From the NCBI GenBank assembly GCA_963794245.1, contig CAWCDD010000005.1:498059-562058 (forward strand): a stretch of 64,000 bases of DNA, read 5' to 3'. Of this stretch, positions 20,100-29,761 are shown piece after piece. Below the pieces are notes generated by a model that saw only the letters and a list, made by a program, of their open reading frames with translations, was not told where the DNA came from and searched no databases. Source of the DNA: an uncultured Actinomycetota bacterium. Its GTDB lineage: Bacteria; Actinomycetota; Actinomycetes; Mycobacteriales; Mycobacteriaceae. How positions within the stretch are numbered: the stretch's first letter is position 1; each line of letters opens with the position of its first letter. Both the position numbers and the translations under genes were made by a program.

Positions 20100-21068
20100 T
20101 GCGCGCCGTTGTCTGTCGCTCCTACGGTCCGCCGGAAGAGTTTGGTGCTCGACGACGTTCCCGAGCCCGTCCCGGCACCCGGCCAGATGTTGGTGCGGGT
20201 CCACGCCGCGGCAGTCAACTTCCCCGACGTGCTGTTCATCGCCGGCAAGTACCAGATCAAGATTCCACCGCCGTTCATACCGGGCAATGAGATTGCCGGG
20301 GAGGTGATCTCCGTCGGTGATGGCGCGCCGTTCCGTCCAGGCCAGCGGGTAGCCGGAACCACCTTCGGAGCGTTCGCCGAACAGGCGCTGCTCGACACGA
20401 CTCAGGCCTCGCTGGTGCCCGACGACGCGGACTTCGCATCGGCTGCGGCCTTCGGCGTGACCTACCGCACCGCGTATCACGCCTTGCGCTCGACCGCCGC
20501 TGTGGCAGAAGGGGATTGGGTCGTGGTGCTGGGCGCGGCAGGCGGAGTGGGTTTGGCCGCTGTTGATCTGGCCGTGGCGATGGGGGCTCGGGTGCTGGCC
20601 GCGGCGTCGAGCCCGGAGAAACTCGAGCTGTGCCGGCAGCGCGGCGCCGAAGCCACGGTCGACTACGACCGCGAGGATCTCAAGACACGCATCCGCGAAC
20701 TCACCGGGGATGCCGCCCGAGTGGTGCTGGATCCGGTCGGGGGATCGTATGCGGAGCCGGCGCTGCGCGGTCTGGCGCGCGGCGGCACCTTCGTCACCCT
20801 GGGCTATGCGGCGGGCACCATCCCGGCCATTCCGCTCAATCTCATTCTGCTCAAAGATATCTGCGTGCGGGGTATGGAGATCCGCACCTTCATGAGCGAC
20901 TACCCCGATGAGGCCGTCCGCGACATCGAAGAGTTGGCGCAGATGTTCGCCGCGGGCACGGTCCGTCCTTACATCGGCGCGCGATTCCCGCTGTCGGAGA
21001 CCCCGGCCGCGTTGCGGCACGTGGCCGATCGCAAGGTGCTGGGCAAGGTCGTCATCGACGTCGCGTGA
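20099..21068 (+). pseudogene. Zn-independent quinone oxidoreductase (MDR family), N-terminal frame disruption
   Basis: ATG at 20099 overlaps the TetR stop (TGATG). MRAVVCRSYGPPEE is in frame 2, then LVLDDVPEPVPAPGQMLVRVHAAAVNFPD...GAAGGVGLAAV... is in frame 0. There is an extra T in the TTT run 20141-20143. The rest of the gene (the 319-aa ORF) is intact. Confidence 0.7.
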
Positions 21069-21084
21069 CCCGGCTGGTTGCCGC

Positions 21085-22982
21085 CTAGGGCGTGACGATG
21101 TTGAAGCTCGGGTCCGGTTTGTCCAGCACATCCAGCAACGTCTGCAGTGCCGACCGGTCTCCGGAGATGTCGAGCCCGGCTGAGGTGAAGTCGCCCATCG
21201 CCACCGCCAACAAGCGAGACTTGCTTGTCCAGCTTGACCGTAACGGCCGCCGAGGCGGAGTCGGCGGCGACTTTGCGGTAGACAAGCACCCCGTTGCGCA
21301 GGTTGAGCCGGTAGTTGACCGCCAGATCGGCAAAGGAGATGTCGATGGCAATATCGAGGTCCCAGCTGCGCGGCCCGTTGACGCTAATGGCAAGGCTGTC
21401 AAGGATCTGCTCCGGCGTCAGTTGACTGAGCATCGACATAGAAGTGGCCGTAGTAGCGGTGCCGAAATTCCCGTCGCGCAATTCGGTTGCGCCGCTCATG
21501 AAGAAGTTGCGCCACGTCGCATTCTCGGCGCCGTAGCCCAGTTGCTCCAAGGTGTCCACGTACAGCGCGCGGGCCGCGCCGTGATCGCTGTCGGTGAAGA
21601 TCGCATGATCCAGCAGCGTCGCGGCCCAACGAAAATCACCGGCGTCGAAAGCCGCTTGGGCAAGCTCGACGACGCGATCGATCCCGCCCATCGCCTCGAC
21701 GTAGCGGGGCGCCAGCGCCTCGGGCGGGTGCGGCCACAGCCGGCCGGGATTGCCGTCGAACCAACCCATGTAACGCTGGTAGACGGCCTTGACGTTGTGG
21801 CTGACCGACCCGTAGTAACCGCGGGTATGCCATACCTGGTCCAAAGCCGGTGGCATCTGGAACATTTCGGCGATCTCCACGCCGGTGTAGCCCTGGTTGA
21901 GCAGCCGCAATGTCTGGTCGTGCAGGTAGGCATACAGGTCCCGCTGCAGCGACAAGAATTCGACGATGCTGTCCTGGCCCCAGGTCGGCCAGTGATGGGA
22001 CGCGAACACGACGTCGGAACGCCCGGCGAAAGTGTCGATCGCTTCGGTGAGATAACCCGCCCAGGCGTGCGGGTCTCGGACCAGGGCGCCGCGCAAGGTG
22101 AGCAGGTTGTGCAGATTGTGGGTGGCATTCTCGGCCATGCACAACGCGCGGAAACGCGGGAAATAGAAATGCATTTCGGCGGGAGCCTCGGTGCCGGGCG
22201 CCATCTGAAACTCGATCTCCACACCGTCGATCGTGTGCTTTTCGCCGGTCTGGCGGATGTCGATGGTCGGGACGATGATGGCGACCTCGCCGGTGGACGG
22301 GGCCTGGCCAAGCCCGCAACCAACCTGCCCCTGGGGTCCGCGTTCCAGCAGGGTGCCGTACATATAGGTGGCCCGCCGGGTCATCGCGGGTCCGGCGTAG
22401 ACGTTCTCCTGCACGGCATGCGCGGTGAAGCCCTCCGGCGCCAGCACCGCGACCTTGCCGGCATCGACGTCCGCCTGCGAGGTCACGCCCAGCACGCCGC
22501 CGAAATGGTCGACGTGGCTGTGCGTGTAGATCACCGCGACGACGGGGCGATCGCCGCCGCGGTGGGCGCGGTAGAGGTTCAGCGCCGCCGCGGCCACCTC
22601 GGTGGACACCAGTGGGTCGATGACGATGATCCCGGTGTCACCTTCGATGAAGCTGATGTTGGAGAGGTCGAGAGCCGCGGACCTGATAGATGCCCGGCAC
22701 CACCTCGTACAGGCCTTGCTTGGCGTTCAGCCCCGATTGGCGCCACAGGCTGGGGTGCACCGAGGTTGGCGCGGGACCGTCGAGGAAGGCGTAGACATCG
22801 TTGTCCCACACCACACGTCCGTCGGCCGCCTTGATGACGCAGGGCGACAAGGACGCGATGAAGCCACGATCGGCATTGTCGAAATCCGTTGTGTCATCCC
22901 AGGGCAGGGCATGTTCGCGATGCGCCGACTCGATGATCGCGGTGGGAGGTTTGTGGTCCACCGGCAATACCTTGCCATTAAC
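21085..22982 (-). pseudogene. Alkyl/aryl sulfatase (MBL fold + SCP2 tail; Rv3762c-like), two frame disruptions
   Basis: Three minus-strand pieces. The first is ...KPPTAIIESAHREHALPWDD...GLYEVVPGIYQVRG. After an extra base at 22673 comes LDLSNISFIEGDTGIIVIDPLVSTEV...THSHVDHFGG...VTVKLDK. After an extra base at 21223 comes KSRLLAVAMGDFTSAGLDISGDRSALQTLLDVLDKPDPSFNIVTP-stop at 21085. The start is uncertain (GTG around 22982). Confidence 0.8.
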
Positions 22983-23136
22983 GCACCCTTGCCCGAAAGC
23001 ACATGTCGAGAGCAGACGAGTTAACCGCAGACGAAACAATTTGCCTGAAACCTCTTTTGCGCGGCCCGGCAAACCCGCATACTGCGTTCACGGCCCCCAA
23101 TGTTGAGGACCGCAACGATCGGGCAAAGGAGAACAA

Positions 23137-23613
23137 GTGAAGCGTGAACTGACGGTCGCGGTGGCCGGAGCAGCAATTCTGGTCGCCGGTATATCCGGCT
23201 GTTCGAGCGACAAGAAGAGTTCGAGTGGGTCCTCGTCGGGCACAAGCACTTCCGCAAGTGCCAGCGGAGGTGGTGGCACCAAGGTGATCATCGACGGCAA
23301 GGACCAGAACGTAAGCGGCTCGGTCGTGTGCACGACGGTAGGCGGCAACGTCAACATCGCGATCGGCGGGGCCGCGACCGGCATCGCCGCCGTGCTGACC
23401 GACGCCAACCCGCCCCAGGTGACGTCCGTCGGGCTGGGCAACGTCAACGGCGTGACGCTCGCGTACGCCGCGGCCGGCGGCGGAGGCAACGCCTCGGCCA
23501 CGAAGAGCGGCAACAGCTACAAGATCACCGGAACCGCCACTGGCGTTGACATGGCCAACCCGACGCAACCGGTGAACAAGCCCTTCGAGATCGACGTCAC
23601 CTGCACTAGCTAA
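23137..23613 (+). CDS. lpqH: 19-kDa lipoprotein antigen LpqH
   Basis: 158-aa ORF with a GTG start. Signal plus lipobox AGISGCSS, a Ser/Gly-rich linker, and a conserved C-terminal domain ([16 protein letters not shown]...FEIDVTC). Confidence 0.9.
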   Translation: MKRELTVAVAGAAILVAGISGCSSDKKSSSGSSSGTSTSASASGGGGTKVIIDGKDQNVSGSVVCTTVGGNVNIAIGGAATGIAAVLTDANPPQVTSVGLGNVNGVTLAYAAAGGGGNASATKSGNSYKITGTATGVDMANPTQPVNKPFEIDVTCTS

Positions 23614-25126
23614 GCGAGGCTGCGGGCGGTTGCCACCCGTTGAGTGGCAACCGCACCGTGAACTCGGTGTGACCGGGTGAGCTGTTGACGGTGATCGTCC
23701 CGTTGTGCGCCTTGACGACGGCGGAGACGATCGCCAGTCCCAGCCCGGTGCTGCCCCCCTTGCGGGAACGCGAGGTGTCGCCGCGGGCGAACCGCTCGAA
23801 CACCTCTGACTGCAACGTCGCCGGAATGCCGGGGCCGTTGTCGATCACCTGCAGCAAACTGTGCGTCGGTTCGGTGCTCAACCGCGTCGTCACGACGGTC
23901 CCGGCGCCGGTGTGGATGCGCGCGTTGGCAAGCAGATTCGTCAGCACCTGGTGGAGCCGTGCCGCATCGCCGACCACGATCACAGGCTCCTCGGGCAGGT
24001 CGAGCTCCCACTGATGATCCGGTCCCGCGACATGCGCGTCGCTGACCGCATCGACCGCCACCCGTGACAGGTCAACCGGTTCGCGTTCCAGCGGCCGGCC
24101 CGAGTCCAGACGGGCCAGTAGCAGCAGATCCTCGACGAGGCGGGTGATCCGCTCGGTCTCGGAAGCGACGCGGCTCATCGCATGTGCCACCGCCTCGCGG
24201 TCGTCGCCCATGCGCTGGGTGAGTTCGGTGTAGCCGCGGATCGCGGCCAGTGGCGTGCGCAGCTCGTGACTCGCGTCGGCGACGAACTGACGGACCCGGG
24301 TCTCGCTGGCCTGCCGCGCCGACAGCGCGGCCGCGATGTGGTCGAGCATCCGGTTCAGCGCCGACCCGAGCTGGCCCACCTCGGTGGAGGCGTTGGCGTC
24401 GGATTCGGGAACCCGCACCGGCAGTTCGACCTCGCCGCGATCCAGTTGCAGGTCGGAAACCCGGCGCGCGGTCTGCGCGACGCGGCGCAGCGGCGCGAGC
24501 GCTCGCCTGATGATCACCATCCCGGCGATCGTCGCCGCGGCCAATGCGACCACGGTGACGATCCCGAAAATCACCAGCATCTGGAGCAGCGTGGCGTCGA
24601 CGTCGGACATGGACAGTCCGGTGACGATCACGTCACCGCCGCGCCGGCTCGGGGCCGCGACGACGCGGTAGCGGCCGAGGCCGTCGAGATCCAGGGTCAC
24701 CGGCTGGCGGCTGCCGGCGATCGCCGCCAATTGGTTCTGGGCCTTGTCGCTCAGCGCGGCCCGGGAACCAATGCTGGTCAGGTAGCCGGCGTCGACCGTC
24801 TTACCATCGCTGACGACTGCGGCGACCATGCCCGCCGGCTGGCCGGGAGCGTCGAGGAACCGCGGGCCGGGGCCCGGCCGCGGGTAGTAGGAGTGCTGGT
24901 GGTGCTCCCAGCCGGGGCGGTTCGGTTCGGGGTACATCAACGCCGAGCGGTGCGAGGTCCCACCGAGTTGCCCGTCGAGCTGGCGCACCAAGTGATGATT
25001 CAGCGATAGTTCGGTGGCCGCGGTGATCCCGACGCAGACCAGGGCGAGCACGACGACCTGCCCGACCAAGAGCCGCAGCCGAAGCGACCAGACTCGCCGT
25101 GTCCTAGCGGGCTGGCTTGAGGACAT
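23606..25126 (-). CDS. tcrY: Two-component sensor histidine kinase TcrY
   Basis: The maximal ORF runs to 25135 (GTG). ATG at 25126 gives [11 protein letters not shown].... Two TM segments, HAMP, H-box [12 protein letters not shown] and G boxes ([25 protein letters not shown]). Confidence 0.9.
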   Translation of the reverse strand: MSSSQPARTRRVWSLRLRLLVGQVVVLALVCVGITAATELSLNHHLVRQLDGQLGGTSHRSALMYPEPNRPGWEHHQHSYYPRPGPGPRFLDAPGQPAGMVAAVVSDGKTVDAGYLTSIGSRAALSDKAQNQLAAIAGSRQPVTLDLDGLGRYRVVAAPSRRGGDVIVTGLSMSDVDATLLQMLVIFGIVTVVALAAATIAGMVIIRRALAPLRRVAQTARRVSDLQLDRGEVELPVRVPESDANASTEVGQLGSALNRMLDHIAAALSARQASETRVRQFVADASHELRTPLAAIRGYTELTQRMGDDREAVAHAMSRVASETERITRLVEDLLLLARLDSGRPLEREPVDLSRVAVDAVSDAHVAGPDHQWELDLPEEPVIVVGDAARLHQVLTNLLANARIHTGAGTVVTTRLSTEPTHSLLQVIDNGPGIPATLQSEVFERFARGDTSRSRKGGSTGLGLAIVSAVVKAHNGTITVNSSPGHTEFTVRLPLNGWQPPAASLS

Positions 25127-25808
25127 AGCCCGCACCGCGCAGCGTGTGGATCATCGGGTCGCGGCCGTTGTCGATCTTCTTGCGTAAGTAGGAGATATAC
25201 AGCTCGACGATGTTGGACCGCCCGCCGAAGTCGTAACTCCATACCCGATCGAGAATCTGCGCCTTGCTCAGCACCCGCTTGGAATTGCGCATCATGAACC
25301 GCAACAGCTCAAACTCGGTGGAGGTCAACGAGATCGTTTCACCGGCACGAGTCACCTCGTGGCTGTCCTCGTCCAGCACCAGGTCCCCGACCACGAGCTG
25401 CGCGCCGCTGTCCATCGTCGTGACTCCGGTGCGCCGCAACAGCGCTCGCAACCGCAGCACGACCTCTTCGATGCTGAACGGTTTGGTGACATAGTCGTCG
25501 CCACCCGCGGTCAACCCGGCGATGCGGTCTTCCACCGCGTCCTTGGCCGTCAACAACAGCACCGGCAGCTGCGGATTCTCTTCGCGCAGTTTGTGTAATA
25601 CGTCGAGCCCGCTCATATCGGGCAACATCACGTCGAGCACGACCACGTCGGGTCGCTGGGCACGGGCCGACGCGATGGCCGACGATCCGTCACCGGCGGT
25701 CGCGATGTTCCAGCCTTCGTACCGCAGCGCCATCGACACCATTTCGGCCAGGACCGATTCGTCATCCACGACCAGCACGTTGATCGGATTGCCGTCCGCA
25801 CGGCACAT
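25104..25808 (-). CDS. tcrX: OmpR-family response regulator TcrX
   Basis: ATG at 25808 (MCRADGNPINVLVVDDE...) gives 234 aa as in Mtb. Receiver domain D...D...K and a winged-helix C-terminus (LSKAQILDRVWSYDF...). Confidence 0.9.
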   Translation of the reverse strand: MCRADGNPINVLVVDDESVLAEMVSMALRYEGWNIATAGDGSSAIASARAQRPDVVVLDVMLPDMSGLDVLHKLREENPQLPVLLLTAKDAVEDRIAGLTAGGDDYVTKPFSIEEVVLRLRALLRRTGVTTMDSGAQLVVGDLVLDEDSHEVTRAGETISLTSTEFELLRFMMRNSKRVLSKAQILDRVWSYDFGGRSNIVELYISYLRKKIDNGRDPMIHTLRGAGYVLKPAR

Positions 25809-25933
25809 GACAACGCGCTCTACGGAGGTTCGAGGCTGCGTCACAGGTTCCAGTATCCGCGCGCGACTGGGCCGCCGCTATGACATTCCTTTGTGTGTCC
25901 TGTGAAACAGCAGGCGAGCCTGCTCGGCGGTGC

Positions 25934-26089
25934 CTAGTACCAGTACCGCCTACCGGCGACCGGTCGGCCGACCGAGCCAAGGATCCACAGCACCGCGCCG
26001 ATGACGATTAGGACAATTCCAATCGTCCACAGCAACGGAATGGCGAAAACATATCCAAGAATGAGGAGAACGATACCCAAGACGACCAT
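25934..26089 (-). CDS. 51-aa two-TM small membrane protein (below the ORF-track length cutoff)
   Basis: Hand translation: MVVLGIVLLILGYVFAIPLLWTIGIVLIVIGAVLWILGSVGRPVAGRRYWY-stop. An AAGGAAA SD lies 7 nt upstream, and it starts 12 nt after the stop of the upstream small gene. Codons are richer in A/T at the third position than in neighbouring genes. Confidence 0.65.
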   Translation of the reverse strand: MVVLGIVLLILGYVFAIPLLWTIGIVLIVIGAVLWILGSVGRPVAGRRYWY

Positions 26090-26100
26090 GACAGTTTCCT

Positions 26101-26337
26101 TTACGCGAGGGAATCTAAGTTACTGGGCATTGAACTGGGTTGCGGTACATGGCAATCCTTGACTTTCGGGTTGACGCCCCCGTAGTTCAAAGGCCCCGCG
26201 ACCACCGTCAGCGCGATGTTTCCCGCCGTGACACAATTTGTTTGCCCGGTTTTGAAGTAATCGCGTTGCCATGCTGCGAAAACCCCAATGAGCAGCCACA
26301 CCAAGACGATCGCGCCGATTATTCCGCGACCACGCAT
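26101..26337 (-). CDS. 78-aa single-TM small protein with two Cys
   Basis: MRGRGIIGAIVLVWLLIGVFAAWQRDYFKTGQTNCVTAGNIALTVVAGPLNYGGVNPKVKDCHVPQPS.... A GGAGG SD lies 6 nt upstream of the ATG at 26337. Confidence 0.65.
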   Translation of the reverse strand: MRGRGIIGAIVLVWLLIGVFAAWQRDYFKTGQTNCVTAGNIALTVVAGPLNYGGVNPKVKDCHVPQPSSMPSNLDSLA

Positions 26338-26454
26338 CGTGACCTCCGTTGTGTTCGAGAAGGATTTTCTCGGTGCCTAGACGATACCCGTTAGACCCGT
26401 GTCTAAACATCGCCGTGGCCAACTTGTGGACCCCTGAAAGCAACGACCTGAGCA

Positions 26455-26620
26455 CTACGAATGACCGGCCAGCCATTCCGCGGCCCGTCTCTTGGAGGCC
26501 CGGGACAGCCACGCGTCCGCAATCAGCTCGGCCAATTCCGTCGTCGTGATTTCCGGCAGCCGGGCGGCGCGCACCAATACCGAAGGGTGCCCGTCGAAAT
26601 GGTCGGTGGTACGCCCTAGT
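26455..26620 (-). pseudogene. Possible C-terminal remnant of a small conserved protein (no start codon)
   Basis: The minus frame reads ...TTDHFDGHPSVLVRAARLPEITTTELAELIADAWLSRASKRRAAEWLAGHS-stop (stop at 26455-26457). Upstream, this frame runs into the 3' end of the methyltransferase gene in another frame, with no plausible start. Confidence 0.3.
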
Positions 26621-27557
26621 GGCGTCGCTGCGCCGACACGTACAGGGTGGGCGGCATGGCGTCGTCGGAGCCTTCCGGCACGGTGCGGTTGTAGCGTGCC
26701 ATCAACTCCGGGAAGGTAGCGGCCGCCACCTCCCAGCCGTGTTCACGCAGCCACTCGTCGACCGGGGTGCGCTCCTCCGCGTACCAGAGGTCGTCGAAAT
26801 CCGTGATCTCGGTGTCGACCAGCTTGGCGGCCGCTGCGCGCATGCGCTGCATGTCTTCTCGCTGCCGGCGTACCCGATCGGGATCGGTAAACCCTTGGCT
26901 GGGAACGTTGGAAGCCAGCCAGCTACCCGGCGCGCTCAGCGAATGCATGCGCTCGAACAACAGATCCTGGGCCTGCGACGGCAGGTAACGCACCAGCCCC
27001 TCGGCGGACCAGGCGCTCGGCTTCGACGGGTCAAAACCCGCATCCTGCAATGCTTTTGGCCAGTCCTGACGCAGATCGATCGGTATGGTGACCAGTTCGG
27101 CCGTCGGGTCCGCGCCGTGCTCTTTCAACGTCCCCGTTTTGAAGTCCAGCACCTTAGGCTGATCGAGTTCGTACACCACCGTGCCGTCGGGCCACGGCAG
27201 TCGCCAGGAGCGCGCGTCGAGACCGGAGGCCAGGATGACCACCTGGCGGACACCGGCGTCGGCCGCACCGAGAAAGAATTCGTCGAAGAACGCCGTGCGG
27301 GTCGCCATGAAGTCGATCATCAGCTGTAGCCGGGTGCGCATATCGGGTTCGATTTCGACGGCCTTGGCCAGCAGGGCGGGATCGGCGTAGATGCTCCACA
27401 TCCCCTCCCCCGCGGCGTCCACGAAGACACGCGCGAACGGGTCGTTGATGAGCGGATTCTCGCTCTCGGTCTCGGCGGCGCGGGCCGCCGCTACGCCGAG
27501 TGCGGTGGCCCCCACGCTCTGAGTGATGTCCCAGGAATCGTTATCGGTACGCGGCAT
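26616..27557 (-). CDS. SAM-dependent O-methyltransferase family protein (Rv3767c-like)
   Basis: The ORF track gives 26616..27704. ATG at 27557 gives [30 protein letters not shown]...[15 protein letters not shown]..., the mycobacterial putative methyltransferase family. Confidence 0.85.
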   Translation of the reverse strand: MPRTDNDSWDITQSVGATALGVAAARAAETESENPLINDPFARVFVDAAGEGMWSIYADPALLAKAVEIEPDMRTRLQLMIDFMATRTAFFDEFFLGAADAGVRQVVILASGLDARSWRLPWPDGTVVYELDQPKVLDFKTGTLKEHGADPTAELVTIPIDLRQDWPKALQDAGFDPSKPSAWSAEGLVRYLPSQAQDLLFERMHSLSAPGSWLASNVPSQGFTDPDRVRRQREDMQRMRAAAAKLVDTEITDFDDLWYAEERTPVDEWLREHGWEVAAATFPELMARYNRTVPEGSDDAMPPTLYVSAQRRH

Positions 27558-27737
27558 CGCCAGTCCTCTCCACCGGTGATAGTCGGTTGCGTTCACTATT
27601 CTTCCAGCCGCGGACGCCTCCCGGCACGCTCGGACCGTGACTTCCCCTGTTTTCCCAGGGGGCCCACAGCTTGGCAAGGAGGTCCGGTACACACCGAAAC
27701 CCAACGGGTGCGCGCTCGCAGAGTAGGTTCACAGCAC

Positions 27738-28799
27738 GTGGAGCACGTGGACTTGAACGCCGTCGCGGAATGGATGTCCGGGCAGGGACTGGGCGAGGGC
27801 CCGCTGCAGGATGTTTCGGCCGTCACCGGCGGAACGCAGAACGTGATGCTGCGGTTCGTCAGGTCCGGACGGCCCTATGTGCTGCGGCGCGGACCACGAC
27901 ACCTGCGTCCGCGCAGCAACAGCGTGATCCTGCGGGAAACCAAAGTCCTTGCGGCGCTGGCCGGTTCTGATGTGCCGCACCCGCACCTGATCGCGGTGTG
28001 CGACGACACGAGTGTGCTCGGCGAGGCCGTCTTCTACCTGATGGATCCGGTCGACGGATTCAACGCCGGCGAGGGACTGCCGCCGCTGCATGCCGGCGAT
28101 GCCGGCGTGCGGCACGGCATGGGCCTGTCGATGGCCGATGCGCTGGCGAAGCTGGGTGCCGTCGACCACGTCGCGGTGGGTCTCGCCGACTTCGGCAAGC
28201 CGGAGGGCTTCCTGGAACGCCAGGTGCCGCGCTGGCTTTCGGAGCTGGACTCCTACAGCGAGTACGACGGCTACCCCGGGCCGCAGATCCCGGGCATCGA
28301 GGAAGTGTCGACCTGGCTGGAACGTCACCGTCCGGCGACGTGGACGCCCGGCATCATGCACGGCGACTACCACGCCGCCAACGTGATGTTCTCCCGCACC
28401 GGGCCGGACGTGGTCGCGATCGTCGACTGGGAGATGTGCACGATCGGTGACCCGCTGCTGGATCTGGGCTGGCTGCTGGCCACCTGGCGCCAGCCGGACG
28501 GGTCCAGCGTGTTCAGCCACGCCCTGGGCGGACAGGACGGATTGGCCAGCACCGACGAACTATTCGAGCGCTACGCCGCCAACACCACCCGCGACCTGTC
28601 GCATATCACCTGGTACACCGTGCTGGCCTGCTTCAAGCTGGGCATCGTGATCGAGGGCACGCTGGCCCGCGCGTGTGCCGGCAAGGCCGAGAAGGAGGTC
28701 GGCGATCAACTCCACGCGGCCACGGTCCACCTGTTCGAGCGTGCGCTGACCCAGATCGAGTCCGAGGGGGCCCGGGTGACCGGATTAGCATCTCCTGAC
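27738..28799 (+). CDS. APH-fold phosphotransferase (3' end uncertain)
   Basis: GTG at 27738 (VEHVDLNAVAEWMSGQGLGEG...), then GIMHGDYHAANVMF and IVDWEMCTIGDPLLD. In the given sequence the frame reads through to 29546 (656-aa ORF). Third-position GC collapses at 28782-28796, and a G5 run (28766-28770) precedes out-of-frame stops at 28777 and 28796. Confidence 0.65.
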
Positions 28800-29281
28800 G
28801 TGCCTCCTTACCCAGAGGAACCCGACTATTACTCCGAGCCGACGATGGCGGCGCGATACGGCGGTTACGACCCCGCGCCCGAGCCGGAGCCCCCGACACC
28901 GTGGTATCGGCGCCCGCTAGCGCTGGTCGCGGCGGGCGCAGGTCGGGGTGATCGTGCTCGGCCTGGCGATCTACGCCGTCGTCACGTTGGTGAGCGGCTC
29001 GCCGGCCCCGAGTCCGGCGACACGACGACGCCCACGCCGTCCCCCACCACGGCGGTGACCAGCACGGCCGCGGAACCCCGACATCGGCATCACCCGCCGG
29101 GCGGCGGAGGCGGTGGCGCCCCGACGCAGACGGTGACCGAGACGGCTCCACCACCGAGCACCGACACTCCCACGACGACTGTTCCGCCGAGCACCGTCAT
29201 GGTGTCACCGAGCACGGAGACCAGCACGGTTACCCAAACGGTGACGGTGCCGACGCGCGGCCGTTCAATCCACGCCCATAG
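28800..29281 (+). pseudogene. Pro/Thr-rich membrane-anchored protein, apparently frame-disrupted
   Basis: GTG at 28800 gives VPPYPEEPDYYSEPTMAARYGGYDPAPEPEPPTPWYRRPLALVAAGA in frame 0. A clean TM helix, VGVIVLGLAIYAVVTLVSGSPAPSPA, is only in frame 1 (28942 to about 29019). TTTPTPSPTTAVTSTAAEP...TETSTVTQTVTVP is back in frame 0. The true stop is unclear. Confidence 0.4.
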
Positions 29282-29355
29282 CGGTCCGAGAAGCCGAGCA
29301 ACTAGGGTCATGGCCATGAGTCGGCTCGAGCGCGGCCTGGCACGGTCTACGGGAC

Positions 29356-29535
29356 ATGCGCTTCGACTTGTATGCGCAGCCCATGCGGCAGGTGAGTGTG
29401 GAGCTAAAGATCGTGTTCTTCGCGATCCACGTGCCGATCGCCGGCGGGAAGACTCTGAAAATCCCGATGATCGCGACGGTTGGGCCGATGCCGGACAAGT
29501 CCAAGGAGAGCGACGCCGCCGACGGCGACGCGTAG
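29356..29535 (+). CDS. Possible 59-aa ORF (strand ambiguous)
   Basis: MRFDLYAQPMRQVSVELKIVFFAIHVPIAGGKTLKIPMIATVGPMPDKSKESDAADGDA-stop. Third-position GC is very high, but the minus-strand ORF 29265..29714 shares the same third-position phase. Few T-first codons mildly favour the plus strand. Confidence 0.25.
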   Translation: MRFDLYAQPMRQVSVELKIVFFAIHVPIAGGKTLKIPMIATVGPMPDKSKESDAADGDA

Positions 29536-29543
29536 CGCTCAAC

Positions 29544-29571
29544 TGAGCGCGCCCGAAGGGATTCGAACCCC
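29544..29571. repeat. Left copy of the 28-bp direct repeat (partial duplicate of the tRNA-Arg 3' end; att-like)
   Basis: TGAGCGCGCCCGAAGGGATTCGAACCCC is identical to 32258-32285. The sequence beyond it does not fold into a tRNA. Confidence 0.8.
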
Positions 29572-29761
29572 TTGCCCCGGTCAGGGTTCACGGACGAACG
29601 CACCACATGGCTCGGGGTCGGTGGAAGCAGGACAGTCAGACCCGATCGGGTACGGTTTAACACGTCGGTAACCTTGTCGGCGCTCAGGGATGACTTGTTG
29701 AACGTTGGGCTCATTGCCCAGCCACGATCCCGTCGCCTTCCGAGACTTCTCAGAGGAATCT

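Noticed and set aside
27576-29546. 656-aa ORF as a genuine kinase-Pro/Thr-rich fusion protein
   Set aside because: Upstream of 27738 the translation is junk. Coding signal collapses at about 28782-28796 next to a G5 run with out-of-frame stops. The tail needs frame changes to yield its TM helix. I treat it as two genes plus indels.
29544-29640. Left repeat copy as a second (pseudo) tRNA-Arg gene
   Set aside because: Only the 24 nt matching the tRNA 3' end are tRNA-like. The adjacent sequence forms no anticodon or D arms.
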